A stretch of 64,000 nucleotides of DNA from Bacillota bacterium (lineage in GTDB: Bacteria > Bacillota > DTU065). This document shows, piece by piece, positions 19,307 through 28,361 of this stretch. The DNA lies in assembly GCA_028708605.1 (NCBI GenBank), contig JAQVYS010000001.1:10928-74927 (forward strand), written 5' to 3'. Made by a program: the position numbers and the translations under genes. The notes under the pieces were generated by a model. It saw nothing but the letters and a program-made list of their open reading frames with translations, did not search any database and had not been told where the DNA came from. Every line of letters begins with the position of its first letter. The first letter of the stretch is position 1.

Positions 19307-20629
19307 CTACTCCCACTCAATTGTGGCTGGTGGTTTAGATGAGATATCATAAACTACTCGATTTATCTCTGGAACCTCTTCCATCAATCGATTAGAGATT
19401 TTTGCTAACGTATCATGTGGGAACGGATACCAGGTAGCTGTCATGGCATCTATGCTATTGACAGCTCTAAGCCCAAGTACATACGCATAGGTTCGTTCCT
19501 TGCCTTTGATCCCTACAGTGCGAGTGTTAGATAAGACACAAAACGCTTGCCAAATCTCATTATATAAGCCATGCTTTTTAATCTCATCTATATATATTGA
19601 ATCTGCATGTCTTAAAATATCTAGTTTCTCTTTGGTTACCTCGCCCATTATTCTAATAGCAAGTCCTGGACCAGGAAAAGGATGCCTTAAAACCATCTGT
19701 TCTGGCATACCAAGCTCTACACCCACTGTACGTACCTCATCTTTAAAAAGCTCCCGCAGAGGTTCTACAAGCGTAAAATCCATATCCTGTGGTAAGCCAC
19801 CAACATTATGATGACTCTTGATTGTCGCAGTTGTATCTGTACCACTTTCAATTACATCGGGATAAATTGTACCCTGTGCTAAGAACTTAGCATCGCCAAT
19901 CTTTCGTGCTTCTTCCTCAAACACGCGAATAAACTCTGTACCAATAATCTTACGCTTCTTTTCTGGCTCTGTAACACCTTTTAGTAATCCTAAAAATCTC
20001 TCAGACGCATCGACGTGGATTAAATTTAGGTTGAACCGCTTCTTGTAGGTTTCAACTACTTCCTCTGCTTCGCCTAAGCGCATAAAACCATGATCTACAA
20101 AAATACAAGTCAACTGATCGGCTACTGCTTTGTGGACAAGAAGTGCTGTTACAACAGAATCCACGCCACCACTAAGGCCACAAATGATTTTATTGTCTCC
20201 TACCTGCTCTTTAATATCACTTATAGCTTTCTGTGCAAAAGAAGACATGTTCCAAGTACCCTTTAGCTTACAAGTCCTAAACAGAAAATCCTTAACCTTC
20301 GTTATACCTTCAGGTATCTCTACTTTTTCAGACGCGAACTCTGTACCACTGCCTATTCCTAACACCGGAATATTGAAATTTCTAATTTCTCTTAAGACTT
20401 TAAGACCGTCTTCCTGGTGGGTAGTTGGGTTAGTAGCCAGAACAATACCTCTTGGCTTTTTCTCGTTTATCGCAGAGATTGCTTTAGTATATGGCAATAC
20501 CTCACAGTACACGTGCTCTTTCCTAATTAGACGAGTTATTTTTTGGCTGGAATGAGACCCGAAATCAATAATTAAAATCAATTCGTCATGAAGACTATTG
20601 TTCATGCAAAATGCTGCAAAAATCCACAA
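19307..20629 (-). CDS. guaA: GMP synthase-like protein. The ATP-pyrophosphatase and dimerisation domains are intact, but the N-terminal glutamine amidotransferase domain is truncated and degenerate.
   Basis: 440 aa. It has the PP-loop SGGVDS and a canonical GuaA C-terminus (PFPGPGLAIR..., ATWYPF..). The N-terminal ~130 aa align to GATase class I, but the catalytic Cys reads GIGSG, the SGGP motif reads ATNP, and the His/Glu region is deleted. Confidence 0.8.
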   Translation of the reverse strand: MWIFAAFCMNNSLHDELILIIDFGSHSSQKITRLIRKEHVYCEVLPYTKAISAINEKKPRGIVLATNPTTHQEDGLKVLREIRNFNIPVLGIGSGTEFASEKVEIPEGITKVKDFLFRTCKLKGTWNMSSFAQKAISDIKEQVGDNKIICGLSGGVDSVVTALLVHKAVADQLTCIFVDHGFMRLGEAEEVVETYKKRFNLNLIHVDASERFLGLLKGVTEPEKKRKIIGTEFIRVFEEEARKIGDAKFLAQGTIYPDVIESGTDTTATIKSHHNVGGLPQDMDFTLVEPLRELFKDEVRTVGVELGMPEQMVLRHPFPGPGLAIRIMGEVTKEKLDILRHADSIYIDEIKKHGLYNEIWQAFCVLSNTRTVGIKGKERTYAYVLGLRAVNSIDAMTATWYPFPHDTLAKISNRLMEEVPEINRVVYDISSKPPATIEWE

Positions 20630-20696
20630 AAGACTGCTTGGAACATTGCAGCCACCCTCCTTTTTCTATGCAAAATGCCACACAAGCTTTATCTTT

Positions 20697-21248
20697 CTAG
20701 GTCGTATAAATCTCAGGTTTTAGAACTCCGATATAAGGTAAATTTCTATATCTTTCAGCGTAATCAAGACCGTAGCCGACTACGAATTCATCAGGAATTA
20801 CAAAACCATTGTATTTTACGTCAATACCTTCTACTCTTCTGGCCGGTTTGTCTAATAATGTGCAAATTTCGATGCTATTTGGTTTTCTAGACTGTAGATT
20901 TTCAACGATGTACTTTAGCGTTAGTCCACTATCTACAATATCTTCAACTATAAGTACGTCTCTACCAGCAATTGTTGACTCTAAATCCTTAATAATACGT
21001 ACAACTCCAGAGCTCTTTGTCGCTAAACCATAACTAGATACTGCCATAAAATCGATTTCCATCTGCAGATCTATCTCACGGACAAGGTCAGCTAGGAAAA
21101 TTGTTGCTCCTCGCAAAATCCCAATTACAATTAACTGCTTGTCCTGATAATCCTTAGTTAATTGTTTACCTAATTCTTGTACTCTATTTTCAAGTTGCTC
21201 TTGGGAAATAATGATCTTTTCCAAATCAGGGCCCATAACTCTGCTCAA
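20697..21248 (-). CDS. hpt: Hypoxanthine phosphoribosyltransferase.
   Basis: 183 aa. PRPP-binding motif [14 protein letters not shown] and the Hpt family pattern. Confidence 0.9.
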   Translation of the reverse strand: MSRVMGPDLEKIIISQEQLENRVQELGKQLTKDYQDKQLIVIGILRGATIFLADLVREIDLQMEIDFMAVSSYGLATKSSGVVRIIKDLESTIAGRDVLIVEDIVDSGLTLKYIVENLQSRKPNSIEICTLLDKPARRVEGIDVKYNGFVIPDEFVVGYGLDYAERYRNLPYIGVLKPEIYTT

Positions 21249-21529
21249 CGAAAACTACTCCTTTCAAACCTCTTTTTTTCACCTTACTTTTTGAATATAA
21301 AACAATACGTCTCAACGATATCATATTCCTTCTTAAAATGTAAATTTCTTACCTAAGTTTCTTTTAGATAATGTTATTTTACCCTTTTTACGTCTACTGG
21401 TCTAAAAGCAGGCTAGAGTAAAAAAGACTTCTATATTTACCTTAAATAACACTACCCTCGATTTGCTTTTTATATTATAGGTAGATAATATAAATCCATC
21501 GGGTAAGTATCAGAAAATGGGGTGATAAA

Positions 21530-23662
21530 ATGGCTGTATACAATTTACGTCCAGATTTTGATTGGGATTCAGAAGGCATCAAGGAAGTTCGAAAACGTGA
21601 TGGACGCATCGTTGCTTTTGATGCTACCAAAATCACTAAAGCAATTGCCAAGGCTGCTGAACAAGACGGACTATCACGTCCACAGGAGATAGCTCTGCTT
21701 ATGACCTCTGAAGTTATTCGAGTCATAGGCACAGATTTCCCACAATTTACTACACCACACGTTGAAAACATTCAGGATGTTGTAATCAAAGTATTAAAGG
21801 AAAATGATCTTGGAAGCCTTGCAGATACTTACCTTACCTATCGCGAAAATCGCACCAAATCTCGTGCTGAAGCATCAAACCTTCTTAAACAGATTGGTGC
21901 TATTATTAAAGAATCACCTATCGGTATCGAAGGTAATGCTAATGTAGGTCATAATTTCTCTGCAAAACTATTGCAGATTGCAAGTGCCGCTTCCAAATGG
22001 TACTACGAAAACGAACTACTACCAACAGACATCGCTAAAGCTCATAAAGAGGGATACATTCATATCCATGATCTTGATAGCTATGGTAAAACATTAAATT
22101 GCATGCAAATACCTCTTGATAAGCTTCTTAAAAACGGCTTTTCAACTGGCTATGGCTTTATTAGGCCTCCAAAAAGAATAGGGTCTGCAGCAGCTTTAAT
22201 GTGTATTATCATGCAGTCTTCGCAAAATGATATGTATGGAGGACAATCCATTCCTTGGATGGACAAGTCTTTAGCTAAGTTCGTAGATCAAAGATACGAT
22301 GATTTGCTCGGAAGTGACTTGACCGATGAAGAGACTCAATTAAAGGCCAGCATTACAAGAGAAGTCTATCAGGCAATGGAGGCTACTATTCACAACTTAA
22401 ACACCATGCATTCTAGAGCAGGATCTCAAGTGCCGTTTTCATCGGTTAATCTAGGTACAGACCTTACACCTAGGGGTAGGCTAATTACTGAACAGTTCCT
22501 CAAGGCATTCTACGCTGGTCTTGGCCGGGGCGAAACACCAATTTTCCCCAATGTAGTTTTTAGACTAAAAACTGGTGTAAACTTTAACCCAGAAGATCCC
22601 AACTATGATCTCTACCAACTAGCACTAAAGGTTGCAGGTCGTAGAATGAATCCGACTTTCTCATTCATGGATTCGAGCATGAATAAGCCTTTTGGAGACA
22701 AAACAAGCTACATGGGTTGCCGTAGCCGTTTAATAGACAATATCTACGGCGAGTCAACATCCGAAGCTAGAGGAAGTATCGCTCCTGTATCGATTAATCT
22801 GCCTAAACTAGCTTTAGAGTCAGAAGGTAGTACAGAAACCTTCTTTGAAAAACTAGATCAAACCTTGGCTCTGTGCAAAAAGCAGTTACTCCACCGGGTA
22901 GAGGTTTTAAAGCAACGCACTGTTAGCGACATACCTTTTGTTATGGGAGAACACCTGTACATGGGGTCTGATGATCTATCTCCAAATCAGAGTATTTGGG
23001 AAGCCATGAAGCACGGATCCATTAACATTGGCTTTATTGGTCTTGCTGAAGCACTCATTCTTCTTACAGGAAAGCACCATGGAGAAAGTGACATCTCTCA
23101 AGAACTTGGTCTGGCAATCGTAAGTCATATCAGAGCTTATTGTGATGATATTACAGACAAAGAAAAGTTAAATTGTACTTGCTATGCAACCCCTGCAGAG
23201 GGATTAAGTGGCAGATTTATTGCACTAGACAAAAAGGAATTCGGTACTATTCCACAGATCACAGACAAAGACTACTACACCAACTCTTTTCATATTCCAG
23301 TTAACTATCAAATCTCTGCATTTAATAAGATTGCCCTTGAAGGTCCATATCATAAATACTGTAACGCAGGTCACATCTCCTACGTCGAAGTAGAATCTCC
23401 ACTTGAAAACAACCCTAAGGCTCTCGAAAGTCTGCACAGAAAAATGGCAGCTTCTGATATGGGTTATGCTGGAGTGAACTTTCCTATCGACGAATGTGTC
23501 GATTGTGCTTATAGTGGTATAGTTGATAATGAATGCCCAGTTTGTGGTTCTACTAGAATCAACCGCGTACGCAGAGTAACAGGCTATTTGAGCTATCTGC
23601 ATCGCTTTACAACAGGCAAAAAAGCAGAATACCAAAATAGACAACCTCATAAAAAAGCTTAA
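21530..23662 (+). CDS. nrdD: Anaerobic ribonucleoside-triphosphate reductase (class III).
   Basis: 710 aa. N-terminal ATP-cone, C-terminal Zn ribbon CPVCGS and the glycyl-radical motif RVTGYL. RBS GGGGTGA is upstream. Confidence 0.9.
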   Translation: MAVYNLRPDFDWDSEGIKEVRKRDGRIVAFDATKITKAIAKAAEQDGLSRPQEIALLMTSEVIRVIGTDFPQFTTPHVENIQDVVIKVLKENDLGSLADTYLTYRENRTKSRAEASNLLKQIGAIIKESPIGIEGNANVGHNFSAKLLQIASAASKWYYENELLPTDIAKAHKEGYIHIHDLDSYGKTLNCMQIPLDKLLKNGFSTGYGFIRPPKRIGSAAALMCIIMQSSQNDMYGGQSIPWMDKSLAKFVDQRYDDLLGSDLTDEETQLKASITREVYQAMEATIHNLNTMHSRAGSQVPFSSVNLGTDLTPRGRLITEQFLKAFYAGLGRGETPIFPNVVFRLKTGVNFNPEDPNYDLYQLALKVAGRRMNPTFSFMDSSMNKPFGDKTSYMGCRSRLIDNIYGESTSEARGSIAPVSINLPKLALESEGSTETFFEKLDQTLALCKKQLLHRVEVLKQRTVSDIPFVMGEHLYMGSDDLSPNQSIWEAMKHGSINIGFIGLAEALILLTGKHHGESDISQELGLAIVSHIRAYCDDITDKEKLNCTCYATPAEGLSGRFIALDKKEFGTIPQITDKDYYTNSFHIPVNYQISAFNKIALEGPYHKYCNAGHISYVEVESPLENNPKALESLHRKMAASDMGYAGVNFPIDECVDCAYSGIVDNECPVCGSTRINRVRRVTGYLSYLHRFTTGKKAEYQNRQPHKKA

Positions 23663-23675
23663 GGAGGCGTTTTTT

Positions 23676-23951
23676 ATGGAAAAGTCTCTCGATATTAGGC
23701 TTTTAGGAGCATGCTGCTCAGGCAACTGCTCGGTATTAGAACGTAATCTAGTGTCTGTTTTAGAAGAGTTAAATATCGATTATAAATTAGAGCGGATCGA
23801 TGATTTAGCATCAATAGTAAATTATGGTTGCCTCGAGGTTCCAGGGATAGTTATAAACGGACACCTAGTTTCGCAGGGCAATATTTTATCGAAAGAGCAG
23901 CTAAGAGAATTCGTGTTATCGTTAGATTTTTCAAAGAGAGACTCCGATTGA
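23676..23951 (+). CDS. Small thioredoxin-fold protein (Thioredoxin_3 / MTH895-like family) with an atypical CCSGNC redox motif. Coupled to nrdD.
   Basis: 91 aa. Pattern IRLLGACCSGNC...ELNIDYKLERIDD...LEVPGIVINGHLVSQGN...KEQL matches the small redox-active disulfide protein fold. RBS AAGGAGG lies 14 nt after the nrdD stop. Confidence 0.55.
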   Translation: MEKSLDIRLLGACCSGNCSVLERNLVSVLEELNIDYKLERIDDLASIVNYGCLEVPGIVINGHLVSQGNILSKEQLREFVLSLDFSKRDSD

Positions 23952-23971
23952 GTCTCTCTTTCAGTTTTTTT
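23933..23971 (+). terminator. Rho-independent terminator after the nrdD and thioredoxin-like pair.
   Basis: 12-bp perfect stem AAAGAGAGACTC/GAGTCTCTCTTT with loop CGATT, then CAGTTTTTTT. Confidence 0.6.
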
Positions 23972-24080
23972 GGTTATAAGAGCAAAATATCGCCTACAGA
24001 TTATTCTGGAAATTATGTTATAATATTTACAGGGTAAAGAGTGGGTGGCTTTTTACCTTAATCGAATAAAGGAGGGGAAC

Positions 24081-24263
24081 ATGTTGAAAGTGCACGACAT
24101 TATTCTTTGGACTTTGTTCGGCGGTATAGCAGGATTGCTTTTTGGTTCCCTATTAGGCTTAACGGCATGGAAGGGAATGATCATTGGATTAGCTGTTGCT
24201 TTTGCGGGTTCAATCTATGTTAGCTATCGCCGCAAAAAAGAAGAGGAAAAATACAAAGTCTAA
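24081..24263 (+). CDS. Small hypothetical membrane protein.
   Basis: About 60 aa from the ATG at 24081, after RBS AAGGAGGGG (the ORF track starts at 24045). Two hydrophobic helices and a KKEEEKYK tail. Confidence 0.35.
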   Translation: MLKVHDIILWTLFGGIAGLLFGSLLGLTAWKGMIIGLAVAFAGSIYVSYRRKKEEEKYKV

Positions 24264-24377
24264 AAAGGTAGCCCAAATGGGCTGCCTTCATTTTATCAGC
24301 TAGTATTTAGAAGGAGAGTTAAATACTGTGTTGAACTAAACTAAGACAAGTTATTTGTTTTCAGGAGGGATGTTCGT

Positions 24378-25808
24378 TTGGAACTAGAACTAATAGATTT
24401 TATTAATATACTTAAAAAGTATTGGTATCTTATTATTGGTTTAACCTTAGTTGCCGCTATCATAGCAGGTGTTTTAAGCTCCTTAATGCCACCTATCTAC
24501 GAAGCTGATGCTAGAATTCTCATTCGCGAAGGCTCTGGAGCGGGACTTAGTTCAATGTTGTTTGGCGACATAACTGGGCAAACTCGCAATGAGATCCAAA
24601 ATAGTGTGGAAATACTTAAGAGCCGTACATTATCCTATAATACAGCCCAGCTTCTCAGCTTAGACTTTGAGCTTGGAACTGAAGATTTAAACAGCTTTAG
24701 AAAAAGTTTTTCTGTACAGCCTGTACAAGGAACAGATTTTATCCGTATAACATACCAAAGCGAAGACCCAGTATTTGCTAAAAACGCTGTCAACGCATTA
24801 GTTGACGCTTTTATCGAATCATCTCTACTGTATAACCGTGAAGAAGCACGATCTGCACGTGACTTTATTGAGCAACAACTAAGCACATTAGAAGAAACTC
24901 TCAGTAGTGCTGAAAATAGCTTAAGTGAATTTAAGGGTGCAGAAAAGATCATAGACCCTAGCGAAGAAGCTAAAGCTATTATTAATAAGATCACAACTTA
25001 TGATGTTTCTCGCAGCGAAGCAACTGTCTCCATGAGAGAACTAGAAGCTAAACTCGACGAACTTTTTATCCAATTAGAAAAAGAGACCAACACCTACATC
25101 TCATCTCAAGTAATCGGGACAAACCCTCTTGTTACCAACATAAAATCCCAATTGGTTGCTAAAGAGACTGAACTACAAGTACTACTAACTAAGAGCACTC
25201 CAGGTAGTAGGGAAGTCAAAAACCTAGAAAAAGAGATTGAGACCTTAAAAAACCAGTTGAATTTACAGGTTGAACAAATCGTAACATCTCAAACCGAGAC
25301 TACAAACCCCTTGTATCAACAGTTAATAGTCTCTATCAGCCAAACCCAATCAAGCATTACTGCGCTTGAAGCTCGAATTTCTGCTTTAACAGAACTAATA
25401 AAGAGCACTGAAAAAGAGTTTGATAACTTGCCTGAAAAAGAGATAGAGCTTGCTAGGCTTACTCGTGATTTCCAGGTAACTGAAAGCATATATACAATGC
25501 TTCTTCAAACAAAAGAAGAATATCGCATTCAAGAGGCCATGCAATCGGCAAATATTCAAGTAGTCGACAGAGCTATCACTCCAGATAGTCCTGTAAGTCC
25601 TAGGAAGAAGATGAATGTTGCTGTAGCTTCCTTCCTCGGCCTTTTCCTTGCTGCTATGTTAGCCTTCCTCTTTGAGTACCTTGATAACACGATTATCACA
25701 AAACAGGATGTCGAAGAGTATCTCGAACTAACAGTTTTAGCAGCTATTCCAGAAATCGCTAGCGAAGGTGGTGAATCTCGTGGCAAGAAGAAGAGTAAAA
25801 GAAATTAA
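24378..25808 (+). CDS. Polysaccharide chain-length determinant / co-polymerase (Wzz/GumC family), the transmembrane activator of the BY-kinase.
   Basis: 476 aa with a TTG start preceded by AGGAGGGA. N-terminal TM (YLIIGLTLVAAIIAGVL), a long coiled-coil periplasmic region, a C-terminal TM and a basic tail (RGKKKSKRN). Confidence 0.8.
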   Translation: MELELIDFINILKKYWYLIIGLTLVAAIIAGVLSSLMPPIYEADARILIREGSGAGLSSMLFGDITGQTRNEIQNSVEILKSRTLSYNTAQLLSLDFELGTEDLNSFRKSFSVQPVQGTDFIRITYQSEDPVFAKNAVNALVDAFIESSLLYNREEARSARDFIEQQLSTLEETLSSAENSLSEFKGAEKIIDPSEEAKAIINKITTYDVSRSEATVSMRELEAKLDELFIQLEKETNTYISSQVIGTNPLVTNIKSQLVAKETELQVLLTKSTPGSREVKNLEKEIETLKNQLNLQVEQIVTSQTETTNPLYQQLIVSISQTQSSITALEARISALTELIKSTEKEFDNLPEKEIELARLTRDFQVTESIYTMLLQTKEEYRIQEAMQSANIQVVDRAITPDSPVSPRKKMNVAVASFLGLFLAAMLAFLFEYLDNTIITKQDVEEYLELTVLAAIPEIASEGGESRGKKKSKRN

Positions 25809-26499
25809 AAACAACAACATTCTGATCACCAAATTAGATCCTAAATCACCAGCCGTTGAAGCATTTAAGCTTCTGAGAACAAACATCACTTATGCCAGCG
25901 CAGATGAGCCTATTCAAGTTATTGGTTTTACCTCCTCTGGCCCTACTGAAGGCAAATCCTCTATAGCTTCTAACCTTGCTGTTGCTATGGCCTTAAGCGG
26001 TAATAATGTATTAATTATAGATTCTGACTTAAGACGCCCGTCTCTTCACAAGATTTTTGGGTTGCATAGAAGACCTGCAGGTCTTACCGAGATTTTAACT
26101 GGTACAAAAACAATAGATGACTGTATCGTTGATACTGAGGTTGAAAATCTCAAACTCTTACCCGCTGGCGCTATTCCACCAAATCCATCCGAACTTTTAG
26201 GTTCAAAGAAAATGAAGGAACTGCACGAACAGCTTAGAGAAAAGTACGATATAATTATTTATGACTTGCCTCCTGTTATTTCTGTTACAGATCCGTTAGT
26301 CGTAAGCCCACTTATAGACGGGTATTTGCTTGTAGTTGCAAGTGGTTCTACAGATAGACGCGCTGCAGTTGCTGCAAAAGAGTTGCTTTTAAATGCCAAA
26401 GCGAATATTTTAGGAGTGGTTCTAAATAGAGCTGATCCTCAAAAATCCTATGGTTCGTACTATACTCATTACTATTACTATTATCATGATGATGAGTAG
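25768..26499 (+). CDS. CpsD/CapB-type tyrosine-protein kinase (BY-kinase catalytic subunit).
   Basis: 243 aa. Walker A GFTSSGPTEGKSS, Walker B IIYDLPP, and a C-terminal tyrosine cluster SYGSYYTHYYYYYHDDE. A GTG start overlaps the 3' end of wzz. Confidence 0.85.
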   Translation: MVNLVARRRVKEIKNNNILITKLDPKSPAVEAFKLLRTNITYASADEPIQVIGFTSSGPTEGKSSIASNLAVAMALSGNNVLIIDSDLRRPSLHKIFGLHRRPAGLTEILTGTKTIDDCIVDTEVENLKLLPAGAIPPNPSELLGSKKMKELHEQLREKYDIIIYDLPPVISVTDPLVVSPLIDGYLLVVASGSTDRRAAVAAKELLLNAKANILGVVLNRADPQKSYGSYYTHYYYYYHDDE

Positions 26500-26521
26500 G
26501 CTTAACTACTTGAACCATTAC

Positions 26522-26555
26522 GGTTGTACTTTAATCTAAGTACAACCTTTTTTAT
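26522..26555 (+). terminator. Rho-independent terminator after the BY-kinase gene.
   Basis: Perfect 10-bp stem GGTTGTACTT/AAGTACAACC with loop TAATCT, then TTTTTTATT. Confidence 0.65.
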
Positions 26556-26667
26556 TGACTTATTCAAACAACCACAACTCCTCTGTGTACTTTATCTTAA
26601 TCTATGATAAACTAGTCTATAAGAACTATCACAAGTCTAAATAAAATCAACAAAGAGGTGTACTTAA

Positions 26668-27213
26668 ATGAGTGCCCGCGCACCATTATCAAAATATGTA
26701 ATAAGAATGGCTGGAATCGTACCTGAAAGTTATGTAGACGGACCAGGTGTGCGTTATACTATCTTTGTCCAAGGTTGTCCGCATCAATGTTCTGGTTGTC
26801 ATAACTCTGATACCTGGGACTTCTTTGGTGGTACTTCATTTACAGCTGATGAACTTCTAGAAAAAATTGCTTTTGCTAAGAAAGAAAACCCCTATCTTCA
26901 AGGTGTGACTATTACTGGTGGTGAACCTTTTTGCCAAGCATATCCATTAGCTCACCTAGCAAAAGGGATAAAAGAATTGGACTGTGACCTAGTAGTTTAC
27001 ACAGGCTACATTCTAGAAAACCTAGCTGAGGTTCCAAGTGCTATTGAGTTTCTAGAACATATTGACGTGTTAATTGACGGTCCTTTTGTACAAGAAAAGA
27101 AAGTCTTAACACTACCCTACAGAGGATCAACTAATCAGCGTATTTTAGACAAAAAAGCTATTGAAAAGTTTTTAAGAGACTACAAACTTAAAGCTTTGTC
27201 TTCGGCTTTATAA
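26668..27213 (+). CDS. nrdG: Anaerobic ribonucleotide reductase activating protein (radical SAM).
   Basis: 181 aa. CPHQCSGCHN is the CxxxCxxC radical-SAM cluster motif, and the protein is about the size of NrdG. RBS AAAGAGGTG is upstream. Confidence 0.85.
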   Translation: MSARAPLSKYVIRMAGIVPESYVDGPGVRYTIFVQGCPHQCSGCHNSDTWDFFGGTSFTADELLEKIAFAKKENPYLQGVTITGGEPFCQAYPLAHLAKGIKELDCDLVVYTGYILENLAEVPSAIEFLEHIDVLIDGPFVQEKKVLTLPYRGSTNQRILDKKAIEKFLRDYKLKALSSAL

Positions 27214-27228
27214 TGATAACTTCACTTA

Positions 27229-27253
27229 GGCTATCTGATAGATAGCTTTTTTT
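27229..27253 (+). terminator. Rho-independent terminator after nrdG.
   Basis: Stem GCTATCT/AGATAGC with loop GAT, then TTTTTTT. Confidence 0.5.
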
Positions 27254-27422
27254 AACGCCTTTTGTTTTTGATTCTCATTTGCAATTATAATAAACAATTT
27301 TATTTTTTCTTTCTTTTGTGCAAATTAATCCCAGATCCGTTACCTCCTGCGTATAATATGTTAAGCAAACTATCTAAAGGAAGGTTAAAACACCAGCCTA
27401 AAGAGATTAGGAGGTAGCCACC

Positions 27423-28325
27423 TTGAATCATCTGGGTATAAAGGTGAGTATGCTAACTCTAGTTGTCAATATTGTACTCGCCTCTTTCAAACTAGCTACA
27501 GGTTTTTTGGGAAATTCTGCTGCAATGATTGCAGATGGAGTCCACACTCTTAGTGATGTTTTTACAACAATCATCGTTATGATATCTCTTTGGGTCTCTA
27601 GACAACCTGCTGATAAAGAGCATCCCTATGGTCATGGACGTGCTGAATCTATTGCAGCTAAAGTCCTTAGTTTAGCTTTATTAACTGCTTCCTTTACTAC
27701 CTTTAAAACCGGAGTTGTAAATCTCTTTAACAGAACTGGTCCTCCAAGTACAATAACCTTATATGCTGCTTCAATCTCGATAATCAGTCAAGAATGTATG
27801 TATCATCTAACTGCATGGGTAGGTAAAAAATATAACAGCCAAGCTCTCAGCGCTGATGCTTGGCATCACCGCTCTGATGCACTGTCTTCTGTTGGTACAT
27901 TAATCGGTATCTTTGCTGCAACTAGAGGTCTTTATTTTATGGATGGAGTCAGCGCACTACTAGTAGCTATATTAATATTCCAAATGGGAATATCTATCTG
28001 GAAAAAAACCGTAGACGAACTTATGGATAAGCAAAAAGATGAGTCAATAAGGAAGATGATAATATCAATTTGCACGGAAAAAGATATTGTAATTAATGAA
28101 AACCTGTTAAGACTTAGACATTATGGGAACAGTGTGTATGCTGACATGACCATGTATGCTTGCCCGAAATTAACTGTCTTTCAGTCTCATGAACTATCAG
28201 AAACGATCCGCCTTTGCCTTATTAATAAAATAACACCCTTAAAGGATGTTCTGATTCATGTTGAGCCTCTAGAAAACGAAGATTCTGATCTTAATTCAGA
28301 AAACGCTATGTGCACAAATCACTAA
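27423..28325 (+). CDS. Cation diffusion facilitator (CDF) family divalent-metal efflux transporter.
   Basis: 300 aa with a TTG start. AGGAGG lies 8 nt upstream. Six TM helices with HTLSD and HHRSD metal-site motifs, and a cytoplasmic C-terminal domain. Confidence 0.85.
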   Translation: MNHLGIKVSMLTLVVNIVLASFKLATGFLGNSAAMIADGVHTLSDVFTTIIVMISLWVSRQPADKEHPYGHGRAESIAAKVLSLALLTASFTTFKTGVVNLFNRTGPPSTITLYAASISIISQECMYHLTAWVGKKYNSQALSADAWHHRSDALSSVGTLIGIFAATRGLYFMDGVSALLVAILIFQMGISIWKKTVDELMDKQKDESIRKMIISICTEKDIVINENLLRLRHYGNSVYADMTMYACPKLTVFQSHELSETIRLCLINKITPLKDVLIHVEPLENEDSDLNSENAMCTNH

Positions 28326-28328
28326 ATT

Positions 28329-28354
28329 AGGCTGTGCTAGAAAAAGCACAGCCT
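28329..28354. terminator. Hairpin between the convergent CDF and dnaE genes. Likely a shared terminator, though the U-tract is weak.
   Basis: Perfect 10-bp stem AGGCTGTGCT/AGCACAGCCT with a 6-nt loop. Confidence 0.4.
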
Positions 28355-28361
28355 AACTTAC

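Noticed and set aside
21249-21529. Canonical NrdR box pair upstream of nrdD.
   Set aside because: No 16-bp acaCwAtATaTwGtgt-type palindrome was found by eye. Only an AT-rich 9-bp inverted repeat, reported as a low-interest finding.
27423-27452. Alternative ATG start at 27450 for the CDF transporter.
   Set aside because: The GGTG lies only 3 nt before that ATG, which is too close. The TTG at 27423 has AGGAGG at ideal spacing and restores a normal N-terminal cytoplasmic segment.
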